This document shows positions 38,701 through 49,182 of a stretch of DNA of 64,000 bases, one piece after another (the stretch's first letter is position 1; every line of letters begins with the position of its first letter). The notes under the pieces are model-generated. The model saw nothing but the letters and a program-made list of their open reading frames with translations. It was not told the DNA's origin and searched no databases. A program made the translations under genes and the position numbers. This stretch comes from an uncultured delta proteobacterium (GTDB taxonomy: Bacteria; Desulfobacterota; Desulfobacteria; Desulfobacterales; QNYZ01), in NCBI GenBank assembly GCA_963845145.1, contig CAWJQU010000002.1, positions 416,001-480,000 on the forward strand, in the 5' to 3' direction.

Positions 38701-39780
38701 TTGACGAAATCAATCTCCCCAGCGTCCCCACAACCGGAAGAATCCCTCGCTCAGCTAAACCGGGAACTGAACTTTTTATACCGCGCCGGACAGGTAATCA
38801 ATTCAAGTTTAAATATCGATCAAGTGATGGCTTCATTGGTAAAAGAAGTACGTCACCTTATGGGCGTCGTGGGATGCTCGGTGTGGCTGGTCAGTGAAAA
38901 CAGAAAAGAGATCTATTGTCTTCAAGCCACGGGCACGAAGAGTGATTTGGTTCGCGGCTGGCGGTTGCCGATGGGAAATGGTGTGGTGGGCTGGATTGCA
39001 AAAAATGAAAAAGGTACGCTGATAAAAGATACACGCAAAGATGACCGACATTTTAAAAATGTGGATAAGCATACCGGTCTCGAAATCCGTTCAATCCTTG
39101 GCGTTCCTATTCGTTTTAAGGATAAGACGGTGGGCGTGGTTCAGGTGGTTGATACCATTCCGGACCGTTTCAGGAACCGACAGTTGACGCTGTTGACTGG
39201 ACTGGCGGCTAGTGCTGGTGTGGCCATAAGCAACGCCATGCTGTACGACCTGACCCAGCAGGAAATCGTCGCACGTAAAAAGACCGAGAAAAAACTTCGA
39301 AAAAGTGAAGCGGAATTGAAAATTAATTCCGAGAACTTAGAAGAGATGAATACGGCCCTGAAAGTCCTGCTTAAAAAAAGAGGTGAAGATAAAAAACAAA
39401 TGGAAGAGCAGGTTCTGGTCAACGTTCGCAGACTGATCACCCCGTATCTTGAAAAGCTCAAAACAACGGCGTTAAATGAGGATCAAACGGCCCTGTCGGA
39501 AATTATCGAAGGCAATTTGAAAGATGTGGTGTCGCCTTTTACCTATCGCCTGACCATGGGGCACCTCGGTGTCACACGACGCGAGTTTGATATCGCCGGT
39601 CTTGTTCGGCGTGGCCGTAAAAACAAAGAAATTGCCAAATTATTAAATATAACGCGACGAACCGCGGAAACCCACCGCCGCAATCTGCGCGTCAAACTCG
39701 GTATCGACAACCGAAAGATTAACTTGAGATCTTATCTCATGGGAATGGCGGGAAACCAAGAGAAAAAGTTTTTTCAGTAA
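38701..39780 (+). CDS. GAF + coiled-coil + LuxR-HTH transcriptional regulator
   Basis: GAF (GVVGWIA, SILGVPI), LEEMNTALKVLL coil, TRREFDIA...NKEIA...TAETHRRNLRVKLG. Confidence 0.9.
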   Translation: MTKSISPASPQPEESLAQLNRELNFLYRAGQVINSSLNIDQVMASLVKEVRHLMGVVGCSVWLVSENRKEIYCLQATGTKSDLVRGWRLPMGNGVVGWIAKNEKGTLIKDTRKDDRHFKNVDKHTGLEIRSILGVPIRFKDKTVGVVQVVDTIPDRFRNRQLTLLTGLAASAGVAISNAMLYDLTQQEIVARKKTEKKLRKSEAELKINSENLEEMNTALKVLLKKRGEDKKQMEEQVLVNVRRLITPYLEKLKTTALNEDQTALSEIIEGNLKDVVSPFTYRLTMGHLGVTRREFDIAGLVRRGRKNKEIAKLLNITRRTAETHRRNLRVKLGIDNRKINLRSYLMGMAGNQEKKFFQ

Positions 39781-40627
39781 CCTGATCAGCCGCCCTGCCT
39801 GTCTGTGTTCTGTCTAAAAGCGTTACGATGATATTATCGATCAGACGGATCCTATGGCGAAAATAAGCGATGGATTCAGCCGGCGCCCGAACCCCGGTCA
39901 ACATCAATGTTTCCATATTTGCCTGCCGCAGTAACCTTTCAAATTTGGCAGCTTGCTGCAACCCATCAATCATTCGCTCTTTTTCCTGCGTCAAGGCCGT
40001 AAAAAACGAACGTTTCGGTTTTTGGCTTAAGAAGTCTACGCAAAATTCAAAATATTCCCAGAAAACCGCATTCATATTGTGATAAACACTTAAAAAATCA
40101 CATAAAAAGTGAACCCCTGTTTTATCAAGATCCAAAGCGGCATTCCGTAAACGAACGCTTACCAGGGATCGCCGGCTCTTAGGTATATTTTCTCCGATGG
40201 CATGACGAAGCAGTTGCGGTGTTTGCCAGGTAATATTCAAACGGCTGATTAGCCGACGCAATTCGGATGGCGATGGAATAACTCGGATATGCTCATTAAG
40301 GGCCGGCAGATGGACAACGATGATAGGCTCAACAGCCATGAGAAAATGGCTCACATTTTGTTCATCCGCACATGTAAACCGGACACGGTAAAGATGGGGT
40401 TCTAACGCAACCTGAAAGGTTTCATCGGGAAATAATAGCAGGTCCACCAGTGAATCCCGTTCGACATGAGACGGGTCGGATATCACTTTTCTCACTAAAT
40501 CTGCCGATGGATTGGAAAAGGTTGATGCCAGATATGAATCGACATGGTCATCCGCCATCAACCCTCTATCCAGAAGGGTGGCGATCTTTGCAGCCAACAA
40601 GCGACAACGGTCATCATTCATGGGCAC
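39737..40627 (-). CDS. Hypothetical protein
   Basis: 296-aa ORF co-directional with the upstream thioredoxin; no motif recognised. Confidence 0.75.
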   Translation of the reverse strand: MPMNDDRCRLLAAKIATLLDRGLMADDHVDSYLASTFSNPSADLVRKVISDPSHVERDSLVDLLLFPDETFQVALEPHLYRVRFTCADEQNVSHFLMAVEPIIVVHLPALNEHIRVIPSPSELRRLISRLNITWQTPQLLRHAIGENIPKSRRSLVSVRLRNAALDLDKTGVHFLCDFLSVYHNMNAVFWEYFEFCVDFLSQKPKRSFFTALTQEKERMIDGLQQAAKFERLLRQANMETLMLTGVRAPAESIAYFRHRIRLIDNIIVTLLDRTQTGRAADQVTEKTFSLGFPPFP

Positions 40628-40659
40628 TGTTCATAGATGGATACGACAATCCGAAACCA

Positions 40660-41115
40660 CTAGAGAAATGCGGCCAATTTTTGAGCAATATGCGGTTTGG
40701 GCAACGCACCAACCAGGGTATCCTTTAATCGTCCGCCATCAAAAACGAGAAGCGTCGGAAGACTGCGCAGGTCGTACCGCGCGGATAGCAGCGGGTTGGC
40801 TTCCACGTTGAGCTTGCCCACACGGATTCGTCCTTTCCAATCACGGGCCAACTCTTCGATCACCGGACTGACCATCGTACAGGCGCTACACCAAGCAGCC
40901 CAGCAATCCAAAAGCACCGGCAACGGGGATTTGATGACCATGGCTTCAAAATTACCGTCGGTAACCATTACCGGTTGGGGGATGAACAGCGCTTTGGTGT
41001 CCAAAGCCGCTTTGCATTTACCGCATTTACCCATGGACCCTGCCTTTTCAGCCGGGATCCGATTTTTTGTCAAGCAATGTGCGCATCGAAAAGTAAGGGG
41101 TTTACCATTGGACAT
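40660..41115 (-). CDS. TrxC-like thioredoxin with N-terminal Zn finger
   Basis: CAHC..CGKC Zn site; WAAWCSAC active site; SLPT cis-Pro. Confidence 0.88.
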   Translation of the reverse strand: MSNGKPLTFRCAHCLTKNRIPAEKAGSMGKCGKCKAALDTKALFIPQPVMVTDGNFEAMVIKSPLPVLLDCWAAWCSACTMVSPVIEELARDWKGRIRVGKLNVEANPLLSARYDLRSLPTLLVFDGGRLKDTLVGALPKPHIAQKLAAFL

Positions 41116-41242
41116 TTTCTAACTCCATTCAACATTCCGATTGTAAAATCAAATAATAACGGCAATATAACCAATTTATGCCGAGCAAGCACGCTCATAC
41201 GAAATAGGAATTCCCGCAAAAACATATCATAAAAAGACCCTT

Positions 41243-42211
41243 TCAAGAATCACGAAAACGATTCAGAACCTCGATCAATTGGGCCATATCAGCCGGTAAA
41301 GGGGCTTCGAAAACAACTTTTTTACCGGTTACAGGATGAATGAACCCCAGGCACCGGGCATGCAGCATCTGGCGCGAGACGGCCACACGATTGCCGGAAG
41401 ATATTTCCAAGGTCCGCGACGATCGGCGCGGGCCATATATCGAATCACCCACGACGGAATGTCTCAAAGCGCTGAGATGAACGCGAATCTGATGCGTCCG
41501 GCCCGTTTTCAGATAGAGTTTAATTAGCGTTGCGGCTGGATAACGGCCCTCAACCTGCCACTTCGTGTGAGCGGTTCGTGCGTGACGACCATTTATGGCC
41601 ATTTTTTTTCGATCCACCGGGTGCCGCCCGATTGGCTGATCGATACTGCCAACTTCACCGGATAGGCGACCATGAACCAGGGCCAGGTATTCTTTATATG
41701 TGGTGCGAGCTTTAAACTGACGGGATAATTCCGCATGCGCCTGATCATTGAAGGCGACCACCAGGCAACCGGATGTTTCCTTATCTAATCGATGAACAAT
41801 CCCCGGTCGGCGTTCTCCCCCCACGGAAAAAAGATCGGGATAATGATATAGCAAACCATGAACCAAGGTACCGGTTTCATGTCCCGGTGCCGGATGGACC
41901 ACCAGGCCGGCCGGCTTGTTCAGCACTAGGACGGCATCGTCCTGATAGAGAGGGTCGAGATCAATCGGTTCAGGGATGATCCCCACTGGTTCCGGCGGCG
42001 GCACCCGACCGCAAATCTCTTCTCCCAGGTGGACACGCTGGGAAGGTTTTACTTCATGTCGATTGAGTTGAATAAACCCTTTACGGATCAACCCGGCGGC
42101 CCGTGTGCGGGAACATTGCCGGACATGGCGGGCAACCACGGTATCTAGACGTTGATCATCATCGCCATCACTGGCGATAAAGCTAAAAGCACCGTTGTCG
42201 CTGAAACCCAT
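41243..42211 (-). CDS. rluD: RluA-family 23S rRNA pseudouridine synthase
   Basis: S4 domain, NKPAGLVVHP, VHRLDKETSG, TGRTHQIRVH, RQMLHA. Confidence 0.92.
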   Translation of the reverse strand: MGFSDNGAFSFIASDGDDDQRLDTVVARHVRQCSRTRAAGLIRKGFIQLNRHEVKPSQRVHLGEEICGRVPPPEPVGIIPEPIDLDPLYQDDAVLVLNKPAGLVVHPAPGHETGTLVHGLLYHYPDLFSVGGERRPGIVHRLDKETSGCLVVAFNDQAHAELSRQFKARTTYKEYLALVHGRLSGEVGSIDQPIGRHPVDRKKMAINGRHARTAHTKWQVEGRYPAATLIKLYLKTGRTHQIRVHLSALRHSVVGDSIYGPRRSSRTLEISSGNRVAVSRQMLHARCLGFIHPVTGKKVVFEAPLPADMAQLIEVLNRFRDS

Positions 42212-42233
42212 TTTCAAATGGTTGGTGGTGGGG

Positions 42234-42812
42234 CTAATTATCGGTATTGGCCGGCTCGGGAAACAGTGCGTTGATTTCCGATTGAACTGTTTCTTCGGCA
42301 ACATTTTTCGCGGTAGATATCTCTTTTACCAGCAAAACTTGGGCCGTATCATAGAGCTTACGCTCACCAAATGACAGATCTTTGGTATTTTTCAGAAGGG
42401 ACAGATCTCTAAACACTTCGGCCACATCAAAAAGCGAACCGGTCTTCAGCTTATCCATATATTCTCGATAACGCCGGTTCCAGGTCTGAGTCTCACTGCC
42501 GATACTTGATCCTTCACTCATCAGAGTGTAAATTTTGGAGACATCCTTTTTGTCAATCACATTGCGCAGGCCCACCTGATTGACATTGCTGGTGGGGATC
42601 ATAATGGTCATTCCGTTTTCCACGACCTTGAAAATATAAAAATCCTGTTTTTCCCCATTGATGTCTCTATTTTCTACCGACTCGATTCGGCCAACACCAT
42701 GCGCAGGATAAACGGCGACATCACCGACATTGAATCGAGAAATTGGTAATGTGTTTTCACTATCAGGTGGTAATGTGTTTTCACCATCTGGACTGGTTTG
42801 GTCTTCACTCAT
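42234..42812 (-). CDS. carD: CarD/CdnL family transcriptional regulator
   Basis: FNVGDVAVYPAHGVG, TWNRRYR, LSFGERK. Confidence 0.93.
   Translation of the reverse strand: MSEDQTSPDGENTLPPDSENTLPISRFNVGDVAVYPAHGVGRIESVENRDINGEKQDFYIFKVVENGMTIMIPTSNVNQVGLRNVIDKKDVSKIYTLMSEGSSIGSETQTWNRRYREYMDKLKTGSLFDVAEVFRDLSLLKNTKDLSFGERKLYDTAQVLLVKEISTAKNVAEETVQSEINALFPEPANTDN
42744..42791. repeat. 2 x 24-bp in-frame duplication in the carD N-terminal extension
   Basis: tggtaatgtgttttcactatcagg / tggtaatgtgttttcaccatctgg. Confidence 0.85.
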
Positions 42813-42961
42813 ATATACACCGATACAATCTGAAAGGCTATAATACGAACCGACGGTTAAGACGGTCGTATCCGGATAATCTCACTACAATTTTAAAAGA
42901 TCTCTGCAATATAGCATGGTTTCGAAGATCAATCAAACATAATTAAAAAGCGACAAATACA

Positions 42962-42998
42962 AACGAGAAAAGGATTGACGCGAACGCCAACCCTTTTC
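42962..42998 (-). terminator. Intrinsic terminator after hppA
   Basis: GAAAAGGGTTGGCG-TTCG-CGTCAATCCTTTTC followed by T-rich sequence. Confidence 0.75.
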
Positions 42999-43033
42999 CA
43001 GTAGAGATTGTTACCGAGTGTGTGAAATGCCGA

Positions 43034-45058
43034 CTACATTAAAAAAGGCACCATCAGCAAGGCAACCACATTTAGAATTTTGATCATCGGATTAATGGCC
43101 GGACCGGCGGTATCCTTGTAAGGATCGCCGACGGTATCGCCTGTGACTGCGGCTTTGTGGGCATCGCTGCCCTTGCCACCCAGATGACCGTCTTCAATAT
43201 ACTTCTTGGCATTGTCCCAGGCCGCGCCACCGGTTGTCATGGAGATGGCCAGGAAAACGCCGGTCACGATGGAACCGATCAGCAATCCACCCAGGGCGAT
43301 CTTTCCAAGGAAAAAACCGACCAGGACCGGTGCGACAACAGGTAAAATCGCCGGGACCAGCATCTCTTTTAAAGCAAACTTGGTCACGATATCGACACAT
43401 GCCCCGTAATCGGGTTTGCCCGTACCTTCCATGATGCCCGGAATTTCGCGAAACTGACGACGGACTTCATCCACAACCGCGGCACCCGCTCGACCCACGG
43501 CTTGCATGGCCATGGATGCAAAAAGATAAGGCAGCAGTCCACCGATGAACAGGCCGATAATAACATTCACGTCGGCAAGGTCAAACTTCAACCCCTCTTC
43601 GGCGCCGCCGTGAAGGTTGAACTCTTGTACATAGGCGGCAAAAAGCACCAAAGCAGCCAGACCAGCAGATCCAATGGCATAGCCCTTGGTAACGGCCTTG
43701 GTGGTGTTTCCGACGGCATCCAGCGGATCGGTGACGGCCCGGACACTTTCGTCCAATTCAGCCATTTCCGCAATACCGCCGGCATTATCCGTTATCGGGC
43801 CGTAGGCATCGATAGCAATAACCATACCGGTCATGGAAAGCATGGACATGGCAGCCATGGCGATTCCATAAAGACCCGCAAAGTTATAGGCCAGGTAAAT
43901 GGAAAGACAAATCGTCAGGACCGGCGCGGCCGTGGCTTGCATGGAGACACCCAGACCGGCAATGATATTCGTGCCGTGACCGGTGGTGGACGCCTGGGCA
44001 ATGGCTTTCACCGGGCCGTATATACCGGTGTAATATTCGGTGATAATGACGATAGCGACGGTAAGCACCAAACCGATCAAGGTACAATAGTAGATATTGA
44101 TCGCCGTAAGGTCGCCGATGCCACCCATGAATTTCATGCATACATAATAAAAGGCAATGGCCGCCAATATAGCGGAACCAAACATCCCCTTGTAAAGCGC
44201 GCCCATCACATATTCGCTTTTACCCAGACGGACAAAGAAAATGGCAATCATGGAGGCGATAATGGAAATAGCGCCTAAAATCAGTGGAAATTCAACGGCC
44301 ATGGGGCTTTTGGGAAAAAGCAGGTGGCCGATGAGCATGGCCGCCACAGCAGTTACCGCGTACGTTTCGAACAGGTCAGCCGCCATACCGGCACAGTCGC
44401 CGACATTGTCACCAACGTTATCGGCAATCGTTGCCGGGTTTCGCGGATCATCCTCGGGAATACCGGCTTCAACCTTTCCAACCAGGTCGGCGCCCACATC
44501 GGCGCCTTTGGTAAAAATACCACCACCCAATCTGGCGAAAATGGAGATGAGGCTGCCGCCGAATCCAAGCGCGACCAGTGCAATGACATCATGGGTGAAT
44601 GCGTAATATCCGGCAACGGACGTCAAAGCCAGCCCGGCGACGATCATACCGGTAACGGCACCGCCCTTGAAGGCCATGGAAAGGCCGGCAGCCATACCGT
44701 TTTTGGCGGCTTCAGCCGTTCTGACATTGGCAAGAACGGAGACCCGCATGCCGATGTACCCCGCCAAAAATGAGGCGACCGCGCCCACAAGGAACCCGAT
44801 GGCGGTTTTGGCGCCCATGCTGGCAAAAATAATGCCGAAAATAATGATACCGGCAATACCCATGCTCTTCATCTGTCGATTAAGATAGGCGATGGCCCCT
44901 TCCTTGATAGCGTTGGCGATCTCTTGCATTCTTTCGTTACCCGCCGGAGCACTCTTGACGATTCCGGCTAGAATGACTGCAAACAATACACCCGCCAAAC
45001 CCACCAGGGTACAAGTCAAAGGTATATTTTCCATCATAACTTTTAGTACAGAATCCAT
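43034..45058 (-). CDS. hppA: Membrane-integral pyrophosphatase (probably K+-independent, H+-pumping)
   Basis: [58 protein letters not shown]. Confidence 0.95.
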   Translation of the reverse strand: MDSVLKVMMENIPLTCTLVGLAGVLFAVILAGIVKSAPAGNERMQEIANAIKEGAIAYLNRQMKSMGIAGIIIFGIIFASMGAKTAIGFLVGAVASFLAGYIGMRVSVLANVRTAEAAKNGMAAGLSMAFKGGAVTGMIVAGLALTSVAGYYAFTHDVIALVALGFGGSLISIFARLGGGIFTKGADVGADLVGKVEAGIPEDDPRNPATIADNVGDNVGDCAGMAADLFETYAVTAVAAMLIGHLLFPKSPMAVEFPLILGAISIIASMIAIFFVRLGKSEYVMGALYKGMFGSAILAAIAFYYVCMKFMGGIGDLTAINIYYCTLIGLVLTVAIVIITEYYTGIYGPVKAIAQASTTGHGTNIIAGLGVSMQATAAPVLTICLSIYLAYNFAGLYGIAMAAMSMLSMTGMVIAIDAYGPITDNAGGIAEMAELDESVRAVTDPLDAVGNTTKAVTKGYAIGSAGLAALVLFAAYVQEFNLHGGAEEGLKFDLADVNVIIGLFIGGLLPYLFASMAMQAVGRAGAAVVDEVRRQFREIPGIMEGTGKPDYGACVDIVTKFALKEMLVPAILPVVAPVLVGFFLGKIALGGLLIGSIVTGVFLAISMTTGGAAWDNAKKYIEDGHLGGKGSDAHKAAVTGDTVGDPYKDTAGPAINPMIKILNVVALLMVPFLM

Positions 45059-45083
45059 TCTACGCTGCCCTCCGTTAAAAATT

Positions 45084-45671
45084 TTAAGTTTCAGTTACCT
45101 CAGTTTTACGATTAAATCGGTTCATTCCTTCTAAAGTGCTCTCTCGAAGAATTGTGTGTACCGCTTGAGTCGCTCGGTCGACGATGCCAGGCAAGGCTTT
45201 CTGTTCCGATTTCTCGAAAGGCCTGAGAACGTGCTCCGTCACATCAATTCCCGGTAGCGCACGCCCAATCCCGATGCGAATACGGGTGAACACATCTTCC
45301 CCGAAAGCTCCCGTCAGGGATCTTAACCCTTTGTGTCCGCCACTCCCCCCTTTCTCTTTAATTTTTAATCTGCCGAATGCAAGGTCGATGTCATCGTGAA
45401 TGACGATCATTTCCTCACACACAATACCCAATCGATCCGCCAACCGTCGGGTCGGTGGACCGCTATTATTCATATAGGCCAGAGGCACGGCCAAGCATAC
45501 CCGCATTCCCTCCAAAACATCGCAACCATAGGCGATATCTTTTTGCTTTCCGCCCAGATTCAGCCCCCAGGCGCTCGCAAGGGCATCCACAACCATGAAT
45601 CCCAGGTTGTGCCGGGTATGGCGGTATTTGCGTCCGGGATTTCCCAACCCGATCACCAGGCGTTTTTTCAC
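45084..45671 (-). CDS. pth: Peptidyl-tRNA hydrolase
   Basis: [36 protein letters not shown]. Confidence 0.95.
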   Translation of the reverse strand: MKKRLVIGLGNPGRKYRHTRHNLGFMVVDALASAWGLNLGGKQKDIAYGCDVLEGMRVCLAVPLAYMNNSGPPTRRLADRLGIVCEEMIVIHDDIDLAFGRLKIKEKGGSGGHKGLRSLTGAFGEDVFTRIRIGIGRALPGIDVTEHVLRPFEKSEQKALPGIVDRATQAVHTILRESTLEGMNRFNRKTEVTET

Positions 45672-45759
45672 GTTTCTTATCCCGCAAGCAATTAAATTCC
45701 CAGGAAGATTGCCTGGTGATTCCGATGCTCAAAAAGGTCCTTAAAAGCGCGTAAGTGGG

Positions 45760-46449
45760 CTAAGCCCCATCGGATTCGCCTTCTTTTTTCGCACCCTCAG
45801 CCGCATCCGCATCGCCTTCACCCTCTTCGCCTTCAACCGCCTCACCTTCAATTTCTTCGTCTTCTTCCACTTCAGGTTCGACTTCCACCGCGGCGCTAAC
45901 GACCGTCAGAACCGTAAAATCCGTGTCCGACTGAATTTCAACGCCTTCGGGCAGCGGGATCGATTTGACATGCAGGGCATCGCCAATTTCCATATCGGTG
46001 ACATCGACCTCGATAGCGGTCGGTATCTGGTTCGGTAGGCAAAAGACCTCCAGTTCACGCCGAATACTTTGCAGAAGCCCGCCTTCTTCAACACCTTTGG
46101 GTTTTCCTATCGGCAGGATCGGGATACTCACCGTGATCTTGCGAGCCATGTCAATTTCATAAAAATCCGCATGTAACAATGCTGCGGTGGCTGGATGGGT
46201 TTGCAATTCCTTGATCATAACCGGTTTGGTATAGGTCTCGCCGTCATGTACAACCAGGTTAATCAATGCCTGGCTTGCGGCGGTCTTTTTAAAGGCATGT
46301 TCCAGGTCACGAATGTCTACGGACAATAAGACCGGTTCTGTTGAGGGGCCGTATAAGATGGCCGGAATTCGACCCTCTCTACGCAGACCGCGAGCGGGAC
46401 TGTTTCCGGTAGTGGTTCGAATGTTTGCGTTGATTTCAATAAATTCCAA
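45760..46449 (-). CDS. rplY: 50S ribosomal protein L25/Ctc
   Basis: LRREGRIPAILYG, LHADFY, acidic tail. Confidence 0.95.
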   Translation of the reverse strand: MEFIEINANIRTTTGNSPARGLRREGRIPAILYGPSTEPVLLSVDIRDLEHAFKKTAASQALINLVVHDGETYTKPVMIKELQTHPATAALLHADFYEIDMARKITVSIPILPIGKPKGVEEGGLLQSIRRELEVFCLPNQIPTAIEVDVTDMEIGDALHVKSIPLPEGVEIQSDTDFTVLTVVSAAVEVEPEVEEDEEIEGEAVEGEEGEGDADAAEGAKKEGESDGA

Positions 46450-46511
46450 GGATCTTCCTCCTGTTTACAATATCATATTTAAATCATTTAAATTTCAAAC
46501 AAAATAGTCGG

Positions 46512-47459
46512 TTATACAAACAGCGAGGTGACGGAGTCCCCCCGATGACTGCGAATGATGGCTTCACCCATCAGGTCGGCAATGGTCAACACCTCAAATT
46601 TATCACTGTTAGCCGCTTCCTCTCTCAACGGAATCGTATCGGTAACGATGAGCGATTTTAAGGCTGAGCTTTCAATCCTCTCGATGGCGGGCCCGGAAAG
46701 AACCGGATGCGCACAACAGGCGTAAACTTCCCGTGCGCCCTTGCTCATGATGGCATCGGCGGCTTCGGTTAAAGTACCTGCCGTATCCACCATGTCATCT
46801 AAGATAATCGCCACCTTGTCGGAAACATCGCCGATCAGGGCCATTGCTTTGGCCTTGTTGGGGGCATCCCGCCGTTTATCCACGATTGCCAGGCCCGCAT
46901 TAAGTCGTTTGGCAAACGCCCGAGCCCGTTCCACGCCTCCGGCATCCGGTGAGACAATCACCAAGTCACCGGTAAACTTCTTTTGAATATAATTTATAAT
47001 GACCGGTGCAGCAAAAAGGTTATCAACCGGAATGTTAAAAAAGCCCTGAATTTGTCCGGCATGCAGATCCATCGTGATCAGGCGATCCGCCCCGGCGGTG
47101 GTGATCAAATCGGCAACAAGCTTAGCACTAATGGGGACCCTTGGGGCCACCTTTTTATCCTGCCGGGCATACCCGTAATACGGTATGACAGCCGTAACCC
47201 GCCGCGCCGAGGAACGCTTGATGGCATCAATCATTAATAACAATTCTACAAGGTTTTGATTGACCGGAGCGCAGGTCGATTGAATGATGTAAATGTCCCG
47301 TAACCGGACATTATCATTGATCTCGATTTGAATTTCACCATCACTGAAAGTCGTTATTTTGGACCCGCCCGGTTTAACGTTCAAATAGCGACATATCTTT
47401 TGGGCCAGTGTCGGATTCGAATTTCCGGAAAACACATAAAAATCGTTCAAGGTTGTCAT
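46512..47459 (-). CDS. prs: Ribose-phosphate pyrophosphokinase
   Basis: [40 protein letters not shown]. Confidence 0.97.
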   Translation of the reverse strand: MTTLNDFYVFSGNSNPTLAQKICRYLNVKPGGSKITTFSDGEIQIEINDNVRLRDIYIIQSTCAPVNQNLVELLLMIDAIKRSSARRVTAVIPYYGYARQDKKVAPRVPISAKLVADLITTAGADRLITMDLHAGQIQGFFNIPVDNLFAAPVIINYIQKKFTGDLVIVSPDAGGVERARAFAKRLNAGLAIVDKRRDAPNKAKAMALIGDVSDKVAIILDDMVDTAGTLTEAADAIMSKGAREVYACCAHPVLSGPAIERIESSALKSLIVTDTIPLREEAANSDKFEVLTIADLMGEAIIRSHRGDSVTSLFV

Positions 47460-47500
47460 ATTTGAGTTATCCAGCCAGTAACCTGATAATTATATAAAAA

Positions 47501-47575
47501 TGGCTGGGGCGGGAGGATTCGAACCTCCGAATGCAGGAACCAAAATCCTGTGACTTACCACTTGTCGACGCCCCA
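47501..47575 (-). tRNA. tRNA-Gln (anticodon TTG)
   Basis: TGGGGCG...CAGGA-TTTTGGT-TCCTG...GGTTCGAATCC...CGCCCCAGCCA; usual position between ispE and prs. Confidence 0.97.
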
Positions 47576-47585
47576 GCAAAAGCTA

Positions 47586-48548
47586 TCATTTCTTTTCACC
47601 TGACCTTTTCACCTGCCCCCTGGCCTTTTCACCTGACCATGGCTCGGTTAAGTAAACACGCCAAGGGACCGTTTCGGTCAAATGCCGAAATACCCTTTTA
47701 GCCGCTATTACATCCTTAAAAAGGCCAAAAACAGTGGGACCACTACCGGACATCAGCGTTCCGTTTGAGCCGCATGCCGACAATGTGCCCTTTATTTTTT
47801 CGATCTCCGGGTGCCTTGACAGGGTGACCGTTTCAAGGTCGTTACATAAGTATTTTTCAACCCCATCCGGGCTCCCATCCAGGCCCCCATTCAGGTAAGG
47901 ATCCTTCAGATCGCCCTCAACACATAAATTTAAATTTTTAAGATGTTGCGGGCATTTTGTCAATCTTAAATTCAGGCTTTGATAAACATTCGCGGTGCTT
48001 ATTTCAATCGACGGGTGAATCAGAATGATCGTAAAACCATGCAGGATCTCGCCAACCGGTTGAAGGATCTCACCGATGCCGGTGGCAACGGCCGGCTGCT
48101 GAAAAATAAAAAAGGGCACATCGGCACCCAGTTTTACGGCCATGACGGCCAAATCATTTTTAGTGTACGGTTGGCCGCACAATCGATTCAAGGCCAACAG
48201 AATTGTGGCAGCGTTACTGCTGCCACCTCCGAGTCCGGCCGCAACCGGGATCTGTTTATCAATATCGATATGGAGCCCGAACGGTCGGCCCTTCTTTTCT
48301 TTAGCCCAACGGCCTAAAAACATTACGGCCGCGCGATGGGCAAGGTTGGTTTCATCGGCGGGAACTTTTACATGGCTACAAGAGACGGTGATATTTTGGC
48401 GTTTGGGCTCTATTTTTATTGTATCGGCAAGATCAATGGGACACATCAGGGATACCAGGTCGTGGTACCCGTCAGGTCGTTTCCCGGTAACGGCCAGGAA
48501 CAGATTGATCTTGGCCGGGGATAAAAAATAGCGTGGGCGCTCATCCAT
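47586..48548 (-). CDS. ispE: 4-diphosphocytidyl-2C-methyl-D-erythritol kinase
   Basis: PAKINLFL, IPVAAGLGGGSSNAA, LGADVPFF, MSGSGPT. Confidence 0.96.
   Translation of the reverse strand: MDERPRYFLSPAKINLFLAVTGKRPDGYHDLVSLMCPIDLADTIKIEPKRQNITVSCSHVKVPADETNLAHRAAVMFLGRWAKEKKGRPFGLHIDIDKQIPVAAGLGGGSSNAATILLALNRLCGQPYTKNDLAVMAVKLGADVPFFIFQQPAVATGIGEILQPVGEILHGFTIILIHPSIEISTANVYQSLNLRLTKCPQHLKNLNLCVEGDLKDPYLNGGLDGSPDGVEKYLCNDLETVTLSRHPEIEKIKGTLSACGSNGTLMSGSGPTVFGLFKDVIAAKRVFRHLTETVPWRVYLTEPWSGEKARGQVKRSGEKK
47592..47637. repeat. 3 x 13-bp direct repeat at the ispE 3' end
   Basis: cttttcacctgac / cttttcacctgcc / 7-nt gap / cttttcacctgac. Confidence 0.8.
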
Positions 48549-48642
48549 CAGATTTCCCCGTTAAGACGAAAGGGTGCCGTTTGCGGGACAAATCACCGGT
48601 AAAAATGATCGCCGTTCCCAATGGGGCCAATGGGGATTATAT

Positions 48643-48987
48643 TCATGTATTTTTCTCTTTTACATAAATCATTCGAAGGTCATACAGCAAACTCTTTATC
48701 ATGCCCGCTTCTTCCTCCGTCAGATTGCCCTTGGTTTTTGTCTCGAGCATGGCAATGATTTCTATGGTCTGTTTAGCCAGTTCGAGATTTTTCGATTTGC
48801 TACCGCTGGTCGGGTCTTCCACAACACCAAGGTGAACCAGAGCGGAATGGTTCAGGGAGACAATAAATGTGGCAAAGTTGATTTTCGGCATACTGGTGGA
48901 TTGAGGGGCGGTTTTCGTTTCCGAAACAGGCTTTTTACCCGCCTCTTCCCCATCTTTCATAATAAAATCTCTGGTGTCCTCGGACAT
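48643..48987 (-). CDS. DUF1844-family protein
   Basis: FATFIVSL, ALVHLG, AKQTIE, KTKGNL, LYDLRMIYV. Confidence 0.85.
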   Translation of the reverse strand: MSEDTRDFIMKDGEEAGKKPVSETKTAPQSTSMPKINFATFIVSLNHSALVHLGVVEDPTSGSKSKNLELAKQTIEIIAMLETKTKGNLTEEEAGMIKSLLYDLRMIYVKEKNT

Positions 48988-49182
48988 AATGCCCCCTCTT
49001 TTTTATACCCAGTTAATTCATGATAAAATGTTGCCCTAATTAAACCTTCCCTGTAAATACGAAAGACGGCAAATTAACATATAAAAAAGCACCTTTTGTC
49101 AAGAACAATCCACTGTGAAAAGTGATGGTGTGAAAAATGGTGGCGATCCGATCGCCCCATACAGCTCTTCTAAGGAATTCGG

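Noticed and set aside
43502..44278. Long antisense ORFs (258 aa opposite hppA; similar ones opposite glgA, glgP, the debranching enzyme and RND genes)
   Set aside because: They are shadow ORFs fully overlapping well-supported genes and carry no motifs
47461..47500. tRNA-Gln 3' end as an integration site
   Set aside because: prs follows directly in its usual context; no integrase or duplicated tRNA end was seen
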